A DNA stretch of 42,175 bases from Candidatus Oleimmundimicrobium americanum (GTDB lineage Bacteria; Actinomycetota; Aquicultoria; UBA3085; Oleimmundimicrobiaceae), in NCBI GenBank assembly GCA_002366545.1, contig DFBH01000057.1, forward strand, positions 1-42,175. The letters are read 5' to 3'. The position numbers were made by a program, and so were the translations under genes. The notes beneath the pieces are model-generated. The model had not been told where the DNA came from. It saw nothing but the letters and a program-made list of their open reading frames with translations, and searched no databases. Numbering within the stretch: position 1 is the first letter of the stretch; each line of letters starts with the position of its first letter. This document shows, one piece after another, positions 39,205 through 42,175 of this stretch.

Positions 39205-40107
39205 TTATTCCCCTTTATAGAATTCCATGAATACATCCTCTAAAGTTGCGTGAGAAATCTCCAAATCATGCAGCTTATAGCCTGCTAATTTTTCTACAAT
39301 CGGATTAATATCTCCTCGAACTGTTAGGATTAATCCATCTGAAAGTTCTTCAATCCTTTCCACTCCATCAAATTCAAAGTCCGCTTTTTTGAATTCGGCG
39401 TCAAATCTAACTATAATTTTACATAAGCGTTTTTCACCAAGACTGCTTACCTTTTCAATCCCAACCAGTTTTCCTTCTTTGATAATTCCAACCCGGTCAC
39501 AAATTTTTTCTACTTCAGGTAAATTGTGCGATGAGACAAAAATCGTGTGCCCTTTTTCCCGTAACTCATCAAAAATTTCATAAACTTCGTTTTGAAGAAT
39601 CGGGTCAAGGCCAAGAGTTGGCTCATCCATAACAAGTAGCTTCGGCTCATGCATTAATGCCAAAATCAAACCAAGCTTTTGTTTGTTCCCGGAGGAATAG
39701 TGTTTAAACTTTCTGCGTGGATCAAAGTCGAACCGTTTGATCAGATCTTTTGCGTCTTTTGACTTACCCTTTAAGCTTTCGATAAAATCAATGTGATCTT
39801 GTCCTGTCCATTTGTCATGAAGCTGAACATTTCCGGGTAGATATCCTATTTTTTTCTTAAGAGACACCGATTTTGTATGAGCATCTTTATTGAATATTTT
39901 TATACTGCCGGAGGTTGGTCGAATAAAATCCATAATGCAGCGTATCGTTGTTGTCTTACCTGCCCCATTCGGACCCAAGAATCCAAACACCTCTCCTTTC
40001 TCAACTTGAAAAGAGATGCCATCAACTGCCTTAACAAGATATCTCCCCTTAATACCAAAGGAAGAAAAATGTTTTTTTAAATCTGTAACTTCAATAATAT
40101 TTGTCAT
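39205..40107 (-). CDS. ABC transporter ATP-binding protein
   Basis: GPNGAGKTT, YSSGNKQK signature, MDEPT.GLD, SSH. Confidence 0.95.
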   Translation of the reverse strand: MTNIIEVTDLKKHFSSFGIKGRYLVKAVDGISFQVEKGEVFGFLGPNGAGKTTTIRCIMDFIRPTSGSIKIFNKDAHTKSVSLKKKIGYLPGNVQLHDKWTGQDHIDFIESLKGKSKDAKDLIKRFDFDPRRKFKHYSSGNKQKLGLILALMHEPKLLVMDEPTLGLDPILQNEVYEIFDELREKGHTIFVSSHNLPEVEKICDRVGIIKEGKLVGIEKVSSLGEKRLCKIIVRFDAEFKKADFEFDGVERIEELSDGLILTVRGDINPIVEKLAGYKLHDLEISHATLEDVFMEFYKGE

Positions 40108-40252
40108 ATTTTTTTATTGTACCACTTAATAAATATAAAAAAACCGGACGTATGAATAATTATTTCAAACCCTGAGGAGATAGTTAATTGTGTGATTTAA
40201 GGAGCAGTTTTTCTATAGATAACTCTATTTCACTACTTATCGCCCCATCTCG

Positions 40253-40301
40253 TTGACATTGTTCTCAAAATCGAGTACAATTGTTCTCATTATGGAGAAC
40301 A
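40253..40301 (+). promoter_or_regulatory. Promoter with tandem palindromic operators
   Basis: TTGACA-N17-TACAAT overlapped by GTTCTC-N6-GAGTAC and GTTCTC-N6-GAGAAC, 22-bp period. Confidence 0.85.
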
Positions 40302-40891
40302 AACTAATCACTCCGACAACTTTGTTCAGCTCAAAGACAAGGCAAGAGCTTATGCGACTCTTTTTTACCAATCCCGAATCCAGGTATTACACCAGACAGC
40401 TCCAAAGCATCTTGGAAGTTTCCGTCGGAAGCCTTCATCGTGAACTTAAAAAACTCGAGAAGATGGGTGTGCTGAAGAGCGCAAGAGAGGGAAACTTGCT
40501 CTTTTACACCGTGGACAAAAATTACCCTCTTTACAACGAGCTGAAATCACTCGTGTTTAAAACAATTGGCGCAGAGGGAGCGATTAAAGAAGCTCTTTTT
40601 CACATTCAGGGAGTTAAGTTCGCCTTTCTTTATGGTTCATTTGCTTCGAAGAAGGAGCGCGCCACCAGTGATATTGACCTTTTCTTAATCGGAGAGATTG
40701 ATGAAAGCAGTCTGCTTAAAGAAATACCTTTGCTCGAGAAATCACTGGCGCGAGAAATCAACTACTTGATAGCCACTGAATCCGAGTTTAAAAAAGACGT
40801 CAGAAATAAAGAACCCTTCATAATAAATCTCCTGAAAGAACCAAAAGTTTTTCTGATTGGAGATGAAGATGGATTTAGAAAGTTGGCTTAA
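40292..40891 (+). CDS. wHTH-fused minimal nucleotidyltransferase (putative antitoxin 2)
   Basis: Paralog of 37469-38044; YGSFA...SDIDL; ATG at 40292 (the TTG at 40253 is the -35 box). Confidence 0.88.
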   Translation: MENKLITPTTLFSSKTRQELMRLFFTNPESRYYTRQLQSILEVSVGSLHRELKKLEKMGVLKSAREGNLLFYTVDKNYPLYNELKSLVFKTIGAEGAIKEALFHIQGVKFAFLYGSFASKKERATSDIDLFLIGEIDESSLLKEIPLLEKSLAREINYLIATESEFKKDVRNKEPFIINLLKEPKVFLIGDEDGFRKLA

Positions 40892-41309
40892 ACAAGGGAC
40901 AATAAAACCATTCAAGTCGGCCAAAACGCAAATCGACGATCTCTTAACCAGCGCCAAAAGCGACCTTGAGGCATCAAAAGAAATAATTAGACTTGGCCGT
41001 TACAGCATCGGACGCGACACCGCTTACGAAGCAATGCTTAAAGCCGGAATGGCCCTTATGTTTTATGAAGGTTTTAGACCCGAAGTCGGAAGTCACCATG
41101 TAACAATCATAAAATTCACAAAACGAGCTTTTAGTTCTAAACATCACGAGTTAGTAGAGGCATTCGACCGTCTGAGAAGAGCAAGGCACTCAAGGCTCTA
41201 CAAAGGGAAAGAAGCCGTAACGAAAACTCAGGCCGAAAGTGCCATTAAATACGCTCAGCAGCTTATACGCTTGATTGAGATCGCCGTCACCAAGAAATCG
41301 AATTTGTAG
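40869..41309 (+). CDS. HEPN-domain protein (putative toxin 2)
   Basis: AYEAMLKA, HH..II.F, RRARHSRLY. Confidence 0.8.
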   Translation: MDLESWLKQGTIKPFKSAKTQIDDLLTSAKSDLEASKEIIRLGRYSIGRDTAYEAMLKAGMALMFYEGFRPEVGSHHVTIIKFTKRAFSSKHHELVEAFDRLRRARHSRLYKGKEAVTKTQAESAIKYAQQLIRLIEIAVTKKSNL

Positions 41310-41365
41310 TTTCTCTTCACGTCATCTCAATTTCACTTTTCATTATTTGATCGTAGTATTTAGAA

Positions 41366-41415
41366 ATAATTTGGCCGATGAGCCAACAAATGTCATATTG
41401 CAAGACCTGAACCTA
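41366..41415 (+). repeat. Array repeat R5
   Basis: ATAATTTGGCCGATGAGCCAA...CAAGACCTGAACC; abuts DUF2726 stop. Confidence 0.7.
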
Positions 41416-41419
41416 TCAC

Positions 41420-41953
41420 CTATTTGACAGACATTTCAGTGTTTTCGTTCTTCATGTTTACCTTGCCGATTTCTTTTTGTATCATTTCCGTCAACTCTTT
41501 AAGAGCATATGAGCGCTTGGCTGTAATCCGTAAAAGAGGCAAACCTGCTGTACGAAAAACCTCATTAACAAAATTATCACGCTCCTGGCGACTACTCGAT
41601 TTATGAGAAGAATCATCAAGTTCAATGGCTAAAACAGGAGACAGTTTCTTTTTATCACAAAGCACAAAATCTGCATGTTTCGCGTTAACTCGGTTTTGGT
41701 GAGATTGCCAATTCTGTGTCCCTTTAGGTAAGTAAACCAAGTCAGCCAACCGCACCTTTGCAAAAATATTTAAATCACTATCAACAGCTTCTTATAGAAC
41801 TCCGTAAAAAGAACGCTCCGCCTGAGTTAGCAGGTAATCTTTCTTGCGATATGGAAGCCTCTCTGGTTTTGGTTTCTCAGAAAGAAATTCTTTTGCAAAA
41901 GCAAGTACACCCAAAATAACAAGTACAGCGATAATAAAAAAGAAGCTTCCCAT
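41420..41953 (-). pseudogene. DUF2726-like membrane-anchored protein with premature stop
   Basis: RBS GAGGAGG, ATG 41953, TM, LLTQAERSFY, in-frame TAA at 41792-41794, then FAKVRLAD, HADFVLCD, AIELDD.SH, RD. Confidence 0.85.
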
Positions 41954-42060
41954 AATCCCTCCTCAATCATTCCTTATGAGTATAAACGTGAACTACTTAG
42001 CAACAACCATGATATCGGCAATCTCAACAAGACACTTTAGACAAAAGGCCTGCTGATAAA

Positions 42061-42118
42061 ATAATTTAGCTGATGAGCTGGTTGGTTTTTCAAGTTAGCC
42101 AGGACTGACCCCTATTCT
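42061..42118 (+). repeat. Array repeat R6
   Basis: ATAATTTAGCTGATGAGCTGGTTGGTTTTTTCAAGTTAGCCAGGACTGACCCCTATTC; aligns ungapped with R2. Confidence 0.75.
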
Positions 42119-42175
42119 TACTACATCTCCAAATATTTCTCAGCACCATGCAGGCCGTGCCCTTAAACTTCTGTA

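Noticed and set aside
40253-40291. N-terminal extension of MNT2 from TTG 40253
   Set aside because: Sequence is the promoter/operator; paralog alignment favours ATG 40292
41844-42056. 70-aa + strand ORF
   Set aside because: Antisense to the 5' part of the DUF2726-like gene
42070-42105. CTGATGAG as a hammerhead ribozyme core
   Set aside because: No GAAA after the following stem, and other copies have CCGATGA
36848-42118. Repeats as CRISPR array or canonical attC
   Set aside because: Irregular kb-scale spacing, degenerate copies, no cas or intI genes, no RYYYAAC/GTTRRRY ends

Overview
Low-GC bacterial chromosomal segment with actinobacterial-style gene order (pyrR-B-C-carA-carB-pyrK-D-F-E, mIHF-gmk-rpoZ-coaBC, miaA-dapF-dapL-hflX, lexA divergent from nrdR), probably from an anaerobic deep-branching lineage. 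It spans the probable replication terminus: a dif-like site at 11849-11876 where dominant gene orientation flips from + to -. The left arm has the ribD-E-BA-H operon, a small 4-Cys protein, an ECF sigma/anti-sigma pair, two candidate ncRNAs around an FmdB gene, and a duplicated hybrid-kinase/receiver cluster with a 7-Cys insert inside PAS. The middle has an NrdR-boxed class III RNR operon with its own redoxin plus housekeeping genes. The right end (36.8-42.2 kb) is an accessory array: two wHTH-MNT/HEPN toxin-antitoxin pairs with orthogonal operators, an ABC exporter and a DUF2726-like pseudogene. Its units are separated by a same-orientation ~50-55 bp repeat that is not a canonical attC site; this is the best candidate for an undescribed system. 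All calls come from reading the sequence by eye; no searches were run.
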